Shown here piece after piece: positions 27,413 to 38,779 of a stretch of DNA of 64,000 nucleotides. How positions within the stretch are numbered: position 1 is the first letter of the stretch; each line of letters opens with the position of its first letter. The position numbers and the translations under genes were made by a program. Source of the DNA: Verrucomicrobiota bacterium (lineage in GTDB: Bacteria > Verrucomicrobiota > Lentisphaeria > Lentisphaerales > Lentisphaeraceae); NCBI GenBank assembly GCA_039798785.1, contig JBDKFG010000005.1:32723-96722 (forward strand), written 5' to 3'. Below the pieces are notes generated by a model, which saw nothing but the letters and a program-made list of their open reading frames with translations, ran no database searches and had not been told where the DNA came from.

Positions 27413-27957
27413 GCAACAAACTGATCGCCGGTGTCGGCTGCGTCGGCATCATCCTCGCCGGCCTCGTCGCACTCGCCATCGCCGTCGGCCTCTGGGCGAT
27501 GAGCGTCAACAACACCGAAGTCGGCCTCGCCGCCAAGCTCGATGGAGCGACCAAGGACATCGAAATCAAGATGGACAAGATGATCAAGACCTTGACCAAT
27601 CAACACAAAGTCAGCGACGACTTCGCCAAGCGTTACATCGAGGCGGTCCAGTCGCAAGCCTCCGGCCGCAGCGGTGGCGGCCTGGTCAAGCTCAGCACCG
27701 AGGCCTCGGCCCTCGGCATGCCGCCGGAGATCTTCAGCCGCCTCAACGCCTCGATCGAAGGCCAGATGGCGGAATACGCCAAGAGCCAAAGCTTCGTCCA
27801 GGACATCTGGCGCGAACACACCACCCACTGCAGCAAGGCCCCCAACTTCCTCCTCCTCAAGAGCCGGGTCCGCAAACAGCCGGAAGTGATCTCGTCGGAA
27901 GGCGCGAAAGAAGCGGTCAAGTCCGGCAAGCTCGAAGACAACCTGCTGATGAAGTGA
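27409..27957 (+). CDS. LemA-like membrane-anchored helical protein
   Basis: Single N-terminal TM then helical domain; ATGA-coupled to hisB. Confidence 0.6.
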   Translation: MSNKLIAGVGCVGIILAGLVALAIAVGLWAMSVNNTEVGLAAKLDGATKDIEIKMDKMIKTLTNQHKVSDDFAKRYIEAVQSQASGRSGGGLVKLSTEASALGMPPEIFSRLNASIEGQMAEYAKSQSFVQDIWREHTTHCSKAPNFLLLKSRVRKQPEVISSEGAKEAVKSGKLEDNLLMK

Positions 27958-27967
27958 GTCCCGGATC

Positions 27968-29113
27968 GTGATTCCTTTCCTGCTGGTGATACTGCTGGCG
28001 CCTCTCCTGCTCACCCTCGGGATGGCGCTTTTCAGCAACTGGGGGCGCCGGGGCGGCGTCCTCAAGGCTGGGCTCTTCATCGGCATCCTCGCCGTTCTCG
28101 CCGTCACCGTCTCGGCGATGTTCTATGCCATCGGCAGAATCAACGGCGGCGACACCTGCGAAATCCTCGACCACCGCATCGTCAAGATGATCCACGAAGA
28201 ACGATGGTCCACCCTCGAGACCCGCATCGTCCGCGAACGAATCGGCAAGGACTCGAACGGTCGAGCCAGATACCGCAACCGCACCGAAACCTACGTCGCC
28301 CATCATGGCCCTTATTGGCATGCAGTCGACAGCAAGGGGGCACGTCACACCGCCGTCTCCTCCGATTGGGACAGATGGAAGAGCCCATGGGCTCCGGTGA
28401 AACGCGTCGGCACCCATGCCGGCATCAACAGCGGCGGCATCTTTGAAATCGCCTGGCCAGGCTCGGACGAGACGATTTTCTCCCTGAGCTCCTTCTCGAC
28501 CTATGAAAACCGCATCCGCGGATCCGACTCGATCTTCAGCCGCAGCAAGCCCAGCAAAGAGCTGAAGGCCCGATTCCCCCGCCCCGCCGACCGCAAGGAC
28601 AGCCGGCCGATCTTCGATCATGGGCATCCCTATTCCCAGGCCGATGAAAGCGCCATGCGCCGCGCCGCCGGCAAGCTGGCGCCGGAACACCGCCTCCACA
28701 GCATCGTGATGCTCTTCGATGCCAGCAAGGATTCCTCCGAGGTCGCCGATGAGGTGATGAAGGCCTGGGACGGTCCAAACCTCAACGAACTGGTGATCTG
28801 CGTCGGCATCGACAAGCCCTCCGGCAAGGTGAGCTGGTGCGAAGTCCGAAGCTGGCTCGACAACCCTGAGCTCCACCCCCTGATCCGCGACGGCTTGCTA
28901 GACAAGCCCTGGTCCGGCGAAACCTTGGCGAAAATCCTCGTCGCCGAAGTGCCGATGCACTGGAAAAAGAAATCCTCCAAGGACTTCCAATACCTGTCGA
29001 TCCCGGTCAATCCCGCCTGGTCGCTTTTCGCCCTCGCCCTGCTGATGGTCCTGTCCTTGCCGGTGGCTTTCTTCATCAACAGCCTCGACCCCGGCGGAGC
29101 CAGAATCCGATAG
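27968..29113 (+). CDS. Membrane protein with large extracytoplasmic domain (TPM-like C-terminal part)
   Basis: Two N-terminal TMs, YENRIR, WDGPNLNELVICVGID, C-terminal TM. Confidence 0.65.
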   Translation: MIPFLLVILLAPLLLTLGMALFSNWGRRGGVLKAGLFIGILAVLAVTVSAMFYAIGRINGGDTCEILDHRIVKMIHEERWSTLETRIVRERIGKDSNGRARYRNRTETYVAHHGPYWHAVDSKGARHTAVSSDWDRWKSPWAPVKRVGTHAGINSGGIFEIAWPGSDETIFSLSSFSTYENRIRGSDSIFSRSKPSKELKARFPRPADRKDSRPIFDHGHPYSQADESAMRRAAGKLAPEHRLHSIVMLFDASKDSSEVADEVMKAWDGPNLNELVICVGIDKPSGKVSWCEVRSWLDNPELHPLIRDGLLDKPWSGETLAKILVAEVPMHWKKKSSKDFQYLSIPVNPAWSLFALALLMVLSLPVAFFINSLDPGGARIR

Positions 29114-29118
29114 AAAGA

Positions 29119-31224
<2,106 letters not shown>

Positions 31225-31229
31225 GGCTC

Positions 31230-31319
31230 AAGCCCAAAGGGCTTGCATCCTTCAGCCCAGGGTTGGCGCCTCGCCTACCCTGGGTTCATTGTTCATGGGA
31301 CCAAACCCCAACGGGGTTT
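31230..31319. repeat. Three-hairpin REP/IS200-end-like element
   Basis: aagccc-aaa-gggctt; cccagggt...accctggg; aaacccc-aac-ggggttt. Confidence 0.65.
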
Positions 31320-31364
31320 CAGCTCGTTCTAATCATCAAGAGAACATGCATTGGGAGCCATCGC

Positions 31365-31748
31365 ATGAGAAACGAAATTGAACTGAAATATCCCTGGTGC
31401 GCTGGCGTCCCTCGACCTATTGTCATCACAAATCTGGACGAGGAATTTTGTTGTGTTTTCTATCAGACTGCCGAGATCGTAACTACCTCACAAACGGCGA
31501 TCCTCAGATTTTCTAAATGCAAATCAGTAAAGCATTCGTTTATCAATGACGACAAAAATGAGCATCTGAAGAATGGGTGCTTTCGAGACTCCATTTATAA
31601 ATCTTCCGACGGCTTTCTCCTTTTCTTTCACAATGAAATGATCGAGATTGTCGCCAGTTCATTATCGGAGAGCATTTCTGAGCTTGAGTCTTCAGACAAG
31701 TTTTTCGAGGACATTACTTCACTCACGAAAACACCACACTCTTCCTGA
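31365..31748 (+). CDS. Hypothetical protein (AT-rich)
   Basis: ATG after GGGAG; 127 aa; markedly AT-rich. Confidence 0.65.
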   Translation: MRNEIELKYPWCAGVPRPIVITNLDEEFCCVFYQTAEIVTTSQTAILRFSKCKSVKHSFINDDKNEHLKNGCFRDSIYKSSDGFLLFFHNEMIEIVASSLSESISELESSDKFFEDITSLTKTPHSS

Positions 31749-31756
31749 GCCCCCCA

Positions 31757-32404
31757 ATGCCCCCTCCCTACCCCAGCCTAGCCACCGACTTCGACGGCGT
31801 CCTGGTCGATTCGGTACCACTGAAAAGCGAGGCCTTCGTCACCGTGCTCGGCGTCAGCGGCGCGGAGGCCGACGCCGTGCGCGCCTACCATCATTCCCTC
31901 GGTGGCATCAACCGCCGGCCGAAATTGAAACATTGCTGGGAGCGGATCCTGCAACGCGGCGAGCTCTCGGAAACGGCCCTGGATCGGCTTTGCCACGACT
32001 TCTCCGAAGTCGTCTGCCGTCAGGTGATCGAATGCCCCGAGATCGCCGGCGCAACGGCCTTTCTCGAGGCCTGCCGGAAGAAAGCTCGTCCGCTGTATGT
32101 GATCAGCGGCACGACCCAAGGCGAACTGGAACAGATCATCCAGGCTCGCGGCTGGACCCCTTACTTCGCCGGAATCTACGGCTACCCCGCCGAAAAAGCT
32201 CCGACCCTGCGCCAACTCAAGGCCTCGGCTCCGGGCCCGATCTGCTACCTCGGCGACGCCTTGAGCGACGCCGACGCCGCCGAAGCTGCAGGGGTCGACT
32301 TTTTCGCGGTCAACATGGACAATCCGGCGCCGCATATCCGCGCCTTCCGCAATCCTCAAGAGCTGCTCACTTCGGGGAAACTCGGCCTCCCGCGTCCCGG
32401 CTGA
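31757..32404 (+). CDS. HAD-family hydrolase
   Basis: DFDGVLVDS, VISGT, K, YLGDALSD. Confidence 0.88.
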   Translation: MPPPYPSLATDFDGVLVDSVPLKSEAFVTVLGVSGAEADAVRAYHHSLGGINRRPKLKHCWERILQRGELSETALDRLCHDFSEVVCRQVIECPEIAGATAFLEACRKKARPLYVISGTTQGELEQIIQARGWTPYFAGIYGYPAEKAPTLRQLKASAPGPICYLGDALSDADAAEAAGVDFFAVNMDNPAPHIRAFRNPQELLTSGKLGLPRPG

Positions 32405-32644
32405 GAAATTCCTTTCTCCAGCCCTTGCCTTCTCTGGCGAAATGAGCTTAAGATGACTCCGTTCTCGCAAGCACCAGGAACCTCGTCCATGCGGGCGGCG
32501 TTGTCAATAGGCCGCGGCGGAGATCCTTCCCGACCAATCCCAGCGCGGCCTGTGGGCAATCCCTTGGCAAGAAGGAATCCCAGTGAGCAATCAATAATCG
32601 CTCGTTATTTTCTCAGTAATATTGTGAGCGCAGTCCGCATTGCA

Positions 32645-33004
32645 TTAGGACCATAAATAAAGAAACAGTGAATTTAAAATAACGCAGACCAAGGCTTGCC
32701 CAGCCAACATATGTCGACTGTCAGTGTTGAACTCCATCCGTCTCTCTCGATCGCTGACAAGATAAATCACAACACCATAAACGAAAAACGACAGAGCGGA
32801 AACTTCAAGCACCGCAGTGTAGCAGGATCCGGAAAGCCCTCGCAATAAGAGGACTTGAATACAAGACGTCGCAGCTCCTCCGAGACTTGCCCGCCGCCAG
32901 GACAGATGCGCCCGACCCAGGACGCGCACCACAGCTTTCAAGATCACAAGCTGCACAAAGCAGTAAAAGCCGAAGGCGAAAAGCACTAGAATTTTTTCGT
33001 TCAT
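32645..33004 (-). CDS. Hypothetical membrane protein
   Basis: About 4 hydrophobic segments, lower GC, directly downstream of proS. Confidence 0.55.
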   Translation of the reverse strand: MNEKILVLFAFGFYCFVQLVILKAVVRVLGRAHLSWRRASLGGAATSCIQVLLLRGLSGSCYTAVLEVSALSFFVYGVVIYLVSDRERRMEFNTDSRHMLAGQALVCVILNSLFLYLWS

Positions 33005-33041
33005 AATGCTTCCCCCGTTCGGCTTTGCGACTCGAACCGAC

Positions 33042-34775
33042 TTAAGCTCGGGTCAGCTCATCCTTGATCCGGCAGGTGAGTTCGAGGACGGCGGTGATCT
33101 TGCTCATGATGACGCTGTCCTTCTGGCCGCGGATCTTGAACTCGTAGCCACCCTGTTCGAGCGACTTGGGCGAGACGATGAGGCGGTAGGGGATGCCGAT
33201 CAGGTCGGCGTCGGCGAAGGCGAAGCCGGCCTTGGGGTCGCGGTCGTCGAAGAGCACTTCGATGCCGGCCTCGGTGAACTCCTTGTAGAGCGCTTCGGCT
33301 TCGGCCTGGACTTCCGGCTTGCCGGCGGCGAGGCCGATAAGATGGAGCTGGAAAGGAGCGATCGACAAGGGCCAGACCGGGCCGTACTGGTCGTGGCACT
33401 GCTCGACCACCGAGGCCATGGCGCGGCCGACGCCGATGCCGTAGCAGCCCATGATCGCCGGCTGCGCCTTGCCGCTCTGGTCGAGATAATTGACGCCCAT
33501 CGCCTTGGAGTAGCGGGTGCCGAGCTTGAAGATGTTGCCGATCTCGATGCCGCGGGCCATCTGCAGGGGGGCGCCGGTGAGGGGGCAGGGATCGCCCTCG
33601 CGCACCGTGGCGATGTCGATGACTTCGCCCCAGCCGGTGTCGCGGCCGTGGTTGTAGCCGGTGTAGTGTTGGTCCTCGGCGTTGGCGCCGGTCACGAGGT
33701 TGCTCGACTTGGCGACGGTGGGGTCCACGATCATGCGGCACTTGGCCTTGTCGATGCCAATCGGCGAGGCGTAGCCGGGAACGGCGCCGGCGGCGCGGAT
33801 CTGCTCGTCGTGGGCGGGATAGAGCGACTTCACCTTGAGGTGGTTCTGCAGCTTGGTCTCGTTGACTTCGAGGTCGCCGCGGATGAGGACGAGGATCACC
33901 TTGTTGGCGTAGCCCTTGTCCTCGGAGCCGAAGAACACCGCCTTGCAGGTGTCGGCGGCGGTGACCTTGAGGAAGCTGGCGACTTCTTCGATGGTCTTCT
34001 GGCCGGGGGTGCTGACCTGGGTCAGCTCAAGCGGTGCTTCGTTCTTGATGACGAAGGGCGACTTGGCGATTTCGCGGTTGGCCTTGTAGCTGCGGCAGGG
34101 CGAGAAGAAGATGGTGTCTTCGCCGATGTCGGAGACGGCCATGAATTCGTGGGCGCCGGTGCCGCCGATCATGCCGGTATCGGAGGCGATCGAAAGGAAG
34201 TTCTTCATGCCGATGCGGCTGAAGATGCGCTCGTAGGCGGCGTGCATCCGGTCGTAGTAGGCGTTGAGGCACTCGTCGGAGGCGTGGAAGGAGTAGGCGT
34301 CCTTCATGGTGAATTCACGGACGCGGATCAGGCCGGCGCGGGGGCGGGCTTCGTCGCGGTACTTGGTCTGCAGGTGGTAGACCGAGGCGGGCATCTGCTT
34401 GTAGCTGGTGATCTCGGTGCGGGCCATGGCGCAGACCGCCTCTTCGTGGGTCATCGCCAGGACCATGTCCTTCTGGTTGCGGTCCTTGAAGCGCAGCATG
34501 GTGGCGTCGACCGAGTCGAAACGGCCGGATTCCTGCCAGATGTCGGCGGGGTTGACCACCGGCATCAGCATTTCCTGCGAGTCGATGCCGTCCATCTCTT
34601 GGCGGATGATCTTCTCGATCTTGGTGATGACGCGTTTGCCGAGGGGGAGCAGGGTGTAGATGCCGGTGGAGAGGGGGCGGACATAGCCGCCGCGCATCAT
34701 GAAGATATGCGAAGCCGAGGTGGCGTCTTTGGGAGCGTCTTTGATGCGTTGGCCGATGAGTTTGGAGAGGCGCAT
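33042..34775 (-). CDS. proS: Proline--tRNA ligase (bacterial type with editing insertion domain)
   Basis: MRLSK start, THEE, RDEARPRAGLIRVREFTMKDAYSF, EIGNIFKLG, MGCYGIGVGR. Confidence 0.97.
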   Translation of the reverse strand: MRLSKLIGQRIKDAPKDATSASHIFMMRGGYVRPLSTGIYTLLPLGKRVITKIEKIIRQEMDGIDSQEMLMPVVNPADIWQESGRFDSVDATMLRFKDRNQKDMVLAMTHEEAVCAMARTEITSYKQMPASVYHLQTKYRDEARPRAGLIRVREFTMKDAYSFHASDECLNAYYDRMHAAYERIFSRIGMKNFLSIASDTGMIGGTGAHEFMAVSDIGEDTIFFSPCRSYKANREIAKSPFVIKNEAPLELTQVSTPGQKTIEEVASFLKVTAADTCKAVFFGSEDKGYANKVILVLIRGDLEVNETKLQNHLKVKSLYPAHDEQIRAAGAVPGYASPIGIDKAKCRMIVDPTVAKSSNLVTGANAEDQHYTGYNHGRDTGWGEVIDIATVREGDPCPLTGAPLQMARGIEIGNIFKLGTRYSKAMGVNYLDQSGKAQPAIMGCYGIGVGRAMASVVEQCHDQYGPVWPLSIAPFQLHLIGLAAGKPEVQAEAEALYKEFTEAGIEVLFDDRDPKAGFAFADADLIGIPYRLIVSPKSLEQGGYEFKIRGQKDSVIMSKITAVLELTCRIKDELTRA

Positions 34776-34877
34776 GGGAATTTCCTGGCGGTTTGGGTTG
34801 ATTTCAAAAGCCGCCCAAGATAATCCCTCGCGGCGATTCGGGAAGATGCAGTTCCTCACCGCTGCTTATTTGTTCCC

Positions 34878-35438
34878 TTACTGGATCGCTGGCGTCCCGC
34901 CGGCCTGCTGCTTCTGCGCTTCCCGCAACCAGGGAGCAGTGAAGTCCGGCAGCGGCGGACGCCGGAGCTCATGGTCTGGCTGATCGAGATTGGAAAGTGC
35001 GAGATCCGCAAAATTGCCGACCTTGCCGGTATCCCAGCCGGTGTCGGCCTGATCGCTCTGGAGTGCCTTCATCTCCTTGAGGAAACGGCGGTCGCCGAGA
35101 TGACCGATGACGGTGAGGGCGAAGGCCCGCTGCTGCGGATCCGGATCGGCCAACATGCGACGGAAAACCGGTGCAGGATCCTCTAGCAGGGAAATAAGAA
35201 AATAAGCGCAAATGAACTGAGCATCGCCGTCATGACGCGAACCCATTTTCCGGGAGAACAAGCCGAGAAAATCATCGGCGCTTATCCGACCCTGGGAATC
35301 CTGCAAAGACCTGAGCTTTTCCGTCAGGGGATCCCCACCCATGTTCCCTAAATAGCTTTGCCAAACCTCGGCCTGAGAAGGCGGCGAGGCGGTCGCGCAG
35401 CCGCCAAGGACGAGAAGGGACAAGCTCAGAACTCTCAT
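34878..35438 (-). CDS. Putative lipoprotein with HEAT-like repeat
   Basis: Lipobox LGGC; DPDPQQRAFALTVIGHLGD; last codons lie in a REP-like hairpin. Confidence 0.7.
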   Translation of the reverse strand: MRVLSLSLLVLGGCATASPPSQAEVWQSYLGNMGGDPLTEKLRSLQDSQGRISADDFLGLFSRKMGSRHDGDAQFICAYFLISLLEDPAPVFRRMLADPDPQQRAFALTVIGHLGDRRFLKEMKALQSDQADTGWDTGKVGNFADLALSNLDQPDHELRRPPLPDFTAPWLREAQKQQAGGTPAIQ

Positions 35439-35469
35439 GATGCACCTCTTGGGCCTTGAAGATTTAAGA

Positions 35470-36114
35470 TCAATCCTGGCGTTTGCGGATTTCGCGACGC
35501 AGGGTTTCCAAGGACTTTTTGCTGTAGGCGATTTCACCGGCCTCGCCGCGCTTCAAGGCGTCTTGGAGAATCGCCAGCATTTCGGCATTGCTATCGACAC
35601 ACGTAAGCGAAGCCCCGCGGTAACAATGAGCGTGCTCACTCGAGCCGCGATGGTTTTCGCCAGGGCAGAAGAGGATGGGGATCTGCTTCGTCTCGACCTC
35701 CAGGAGATTCAAACCTTCGCCGATGTAGATGTATCCCAGCGAGCCGTCTCGCCAGCGGGATTCTGGACAGGCTTGGTAATGCCCATTCCTATACCCATCC
35801 CCGAGAAACTCCTGCAAGGGAATCGAATCCGGTCCACCCGGCGGGAGGATCACCGGCGGATCACTGGGTTTGATCTCGTATGACAGAGAGGCCAAGGCCA
35901 ATTTCAACTGGATGAAGTGATTGGCGCAACTGCTTGAAGCATAACCTGAATTCATCCGGCGATTCACCATGAAGCCGATCAGAAACAAGACGAGCACGAG
36001 TCCGGCAATAAAAATCCATTTCCAGCGTCGATTGCGCGGCTGACTTTTCCCGTCCGATCGCGCCTCGGCGGCCATCGGCTCTTCAGGATCGGGTTTCGGC
36101 GTTTCGGCATTCAT
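35470..36114 (-). CDS. Membrane-anchored DUF1559/pseudopilin-like hypothetical protein
   Basis: TM followed by SSCANHFIQLKLAL, resembling the C.NNLKQ.GLAL helix. Confidence 0.55.
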   Translation of the reverse strand: MNAETPKPDPEEPMAAEARSDGKSQPRNRRWKWIFIAGLVLVLFLIGFMVNRRMNSGYASSSCANHFIQLKLALASLSYEIKPSDPPVILPPGGPDSIPLQEFLGDGYRNGHYQACPESRWRDGSLGYIYIGEGLNLLEVETKQIPILFCPGENHRGSSEHAHCYRGASLTCVDSNAEMLAILQDALKRGEAGEIAYSKKSLETLRREIRKRQD

Positions 36115-36204
36115 CAGGCTCCGTCCTCCACAAGTTCATGAACAAATCCAGCTTAGACCCAAAACCAGACCGGCACAAGATCCACGAGCTTTTCGCCCCT
36201 CTTT

Positions 36205-36234
36205 ATTCGTGTGGATTCGTGTCCATTCGTGGTT
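36205..36234. repeat. 10-bp tandem array ATTCGTG(nnn) x3
   Basis: attcgtgtgg attcgtgtcc attcgtggtt. Confidence 0.8.
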
Positions 36235-36302
36235 CCCGTGCTTGCCTCCCTCCGCCCTGCGGCGTAGCTTTGCCGAAAGCCATTTTTGAATCAAGGAAAT
36301 CC

Positions 36303-37538
36303 ATGTCTTCTCCCGATTTTTCCAGCCGCCTCGCCGCCCTCCGCGCCGACTTCCCGATCCTGCTGCGTCAGGTCCGGGGCAAGCCGCTGTCCTACCTCGA
36401 CAACGCCGCCACCACCCTGAAGCCGCTGCCGGTGATCGACGCGGTGACCCGCCATTATCGCGACGAGGTCTCCAACATCCATCGCGGCGTCCACTTCCTC
36501 TCCGAGCAGGCGACGGCGCAATACGAGGAGAGCCGCAGCAAGGTACGCCGCCTCCTCAACGCCAGTGAAGACGCCGAGATCGTCTTCACCTCCGGCACCA
36601 CCGCCGCGATCAACCTGGTGGCCCAGAGCTGGGGCCGCAGCCAGCTCAAAAGCGGCGATGAAGTCCTGGTCACCGGGATGGAGCACCACGCCAACATCGT
36701 CCCCTGGCAGATGCTCCGCGACGAAAAAGGCATCGTCCTCAAGCACATCCCCTTTCTTCCCGACGGCAGCCTCGACCTGGAGGCGGCGCGCCGCCTCGTC
36801 GGCCCCCGCACCAGGCTGCTCTCCTTCGTCCACACCTCCAACGCCCTCGGCACAATCAACCCGGTCGAAGAGCTCATCGCCCTGGCGAAAAGTGTCGGCG
36901 CCTTGACCCTGGTCGACGCCGCCCAGGCGGTGGCGCACGGCCCCCTCGACGTCCAGGCCCTCGGCTGCGACTTCCTCGCCTTCTCCGGCCACAAGCTCTA
37001 CGGCCCCACCGGCATCGGCGTCCTCTACGGCCGTCGCGAGCTGCTCGAAGCCATGCCGCCGGTGACCGGTGGCGGCGACATGATCCTGTCGGTGACCTGG
37101 GAAAAGACCCTCTACGCCCCTCCCCCGGCCCGCTTCGAAGCCGGCACGCCGCACATCTGCGGCGTCATCGGCCTCGGCGTCGCCATCGACTGGCTGCTGG
37201 GACAAGGCTGGGACCTCCTGCAAGGCCAGGAGGAATTGCTCCTCACCGAGGGCACCCGGATGCTTGGCGAAATCCCCGGGCTGCGACTCATCGGCACCGC
37301 GCCGAAGAAGACTTCGATCCTCTCCTTCGTCGTCGACGGCGTCCACCCCCACGATCTCGGCACCATCCTCGACTTCGAGGGCGTGGCGATTCGCACCGGC
37401 CATCATTGCGCCCAGCCGGTGATGGACGCCTTCGGCATTCCCGCCACCGCCCGCGCCTCGCTGTCGCCCTACAACAGCGTCGACGACATCGAGCGTCTCG
37501 TCGCCGGCATCCGCAAGGCGCAGCGCCTCTTTTCCTGA
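36303..37538 (+). CDS. sufS: Cysteine desulfurase, SufS (group II) type
   Basis: YLDNAATT, EHHANIVPW, FSGHKLYGPTGIG, RTGHHCAQP. Confidence 0.95.
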   Translation: MSSPDFSSRLAALRADFPILLRQVRGKPLSYLDNAATTLKPLPVIDAVTRHYRDEVSNIHRGVHFLSEQATAQYEESRSKVRRLLNASEDAEIVFTSGTTAAINLVAQSWGRSQLKSGDEVLVTGMEHHANIVPWQMLRDEKGIVLKHIPFLPDGSLDLEAARRLVGPRTRLLSFVHTSNALGTINPVEELIALAKSVGALTLVDAAQAVAHGPLDVQALGCDFLAFSGHKLYGPTGIGVLYGRRELLEAMPPVTGGGDMILSVTWEKTLYAPPPARFEAGTPHICGVIGLGVAIDWLLGQGWDLLQGQEELLLTEGTRMLGEIPGLRLIGTAPKKTSILSFVVDGVHPHDLGTILDFEGVAIRTGHHCAQPVMDAFGIPATARASLSPYNSVDDIERLVAGIRKAQRLFS

Positions 37539-37597
37539 GAAGCGGGTTTCGCGCCGGAATCCCCGCCTCTTCACCTGAAGGGCGCTAGATTCTGGGT

Positions 37598-38773
37598 ATG
37601 AAAACCGAAGCGGCGATCCGGAACATGACTTTGCTGGGAGGCTACCGGGCCCTCCAGATGGCGCTGTTTCCGGTCTCAGTGATCACCCTCTTCCAGGCCC
37701 AGCACCTCGGCCTCGACCTCCGCCAGACCCTGCTGCTCCAGGCGGTGGCCTCGGTGACCGTCGCGATCTTCGAGCTTCCCTGCGGCTGGCTCGCCGACCG
37801 GATCGGCTGCCGCCGCAGCCTCCAGGGAGCGGCGCTGGTGATGATGGCTTCCTGGGGCATCTATCTCGGTGCCGAAGGCTTCGCTCTGGCGGCCCTGGCG
37901 GAAGTGCTCCGCGGCATCGGCTGGTCGCTGGTCTCGGGCTGCGACGAGGCCCTCCTCTACGAATCGCTGAAGTCGCAGGGACGCCAGGGGGAGTACACCA
38001 AGTGGAACGGCCGCCACGCCTTCTACGGCCAGTGCAGCGAAGCGGGATGCGCCATCGTCGCCGGCCTCCTCTACAGCGTCAATTGCCGCATCCCCTTGAT
38101 CCTGGCAGTCCTTTGCTGGGGTGCCAACTTCTTCCTCGCCGGACGCCTCCAGGACGCGCCGCGCGAACGCCAGCAGATGCGCGGCTGGAGCAGCGGCCTG
38201 AGACTGATTTCCGGACATTGGCGCGACCCGGCGGTGTTCTGGCCGACCGCCCTTTTCATCTGCCTCGGCCTGGCCTCCTACGTCAATGTCTGGACCATCC
38301 CGGTCTTCGCCGTCGAAAACGGCATGCCGGAAGCCGCCGTGGGCCTGATCTGGGCCGCCGCCAATCTCTGCGTCGCCTTCGGCTCGCTGGTCAGCCACCG
38401 CTTCGAAAGCCGGCATTCGGTCCGCCTCGGCCTCCTCCTCTGCCTCTTCCTCGTCTGCGCCGCCTACGCCGGCTTCGCCCTCACCGCCAGCTTCTGGACC
38501 TTCGCCTTCTACTTCCTCCTGACCCTCGAGCGCGGAGTCAAAGGACCTCTCCTCACCCATGCCCTGCAGCGGCGCTTCGCCTCCTCCGACCGCGCCGCGC
38601 TCCTCTCGGTCAACTCGCTCTTCTTCCGCAGCGCCGCCGCCCTCCTCTTCGTCCTCACCGGCTGGTCTCTCGAATGGTGCGGCCACCAGGGGACCTGGAC
38701 GATCATCGGCTGCGTCCTCGGCCTCGCCGGGCTGCTGATCGTCATCTTCGGCAGACGCCACCTCGAGCCCTGA
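37598..38773 (+). CDS. MFS transporter
   Basis: ELPCGWLADRIGCRRS motif A; about 12 TMs. Confidence 0.9.
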   Translation: MKTEAAIRNMTLLGGYRALQMALFPVSVITLFQAQHLGLDLRQTLLLQAVASVTVAIFELPCGWLADRIGCRRSLQGAALVMMASWGIYLGAEGFALAALAEVLRGIGWSLVSGCDEALLYESLKSQGRQGEYTKWNGRHAFYGQCSEAGCAIVAGLLYSVNCRIPLILAVLCWGANFFLAGRLQDAPRERQQMRGWSSGLRLISGHWRDPAVFWPTALFICLGLASYVNVWTIPVFAVENGMPEAAVGLIWAAANLCVAFGSLVSHRFESRHSVRLGLLLCLFLVCAAYAGFALTASFWTFAFYFLLTLERGVKGPLLTHALQRRFASSDRAALLSVNSLFFRSAAALLFVLTGWSLEWCGHQGTWTIIGCVLGLAGLLIVIFGRRHLEP

Positions 38774-38779
38774 GCCGCC

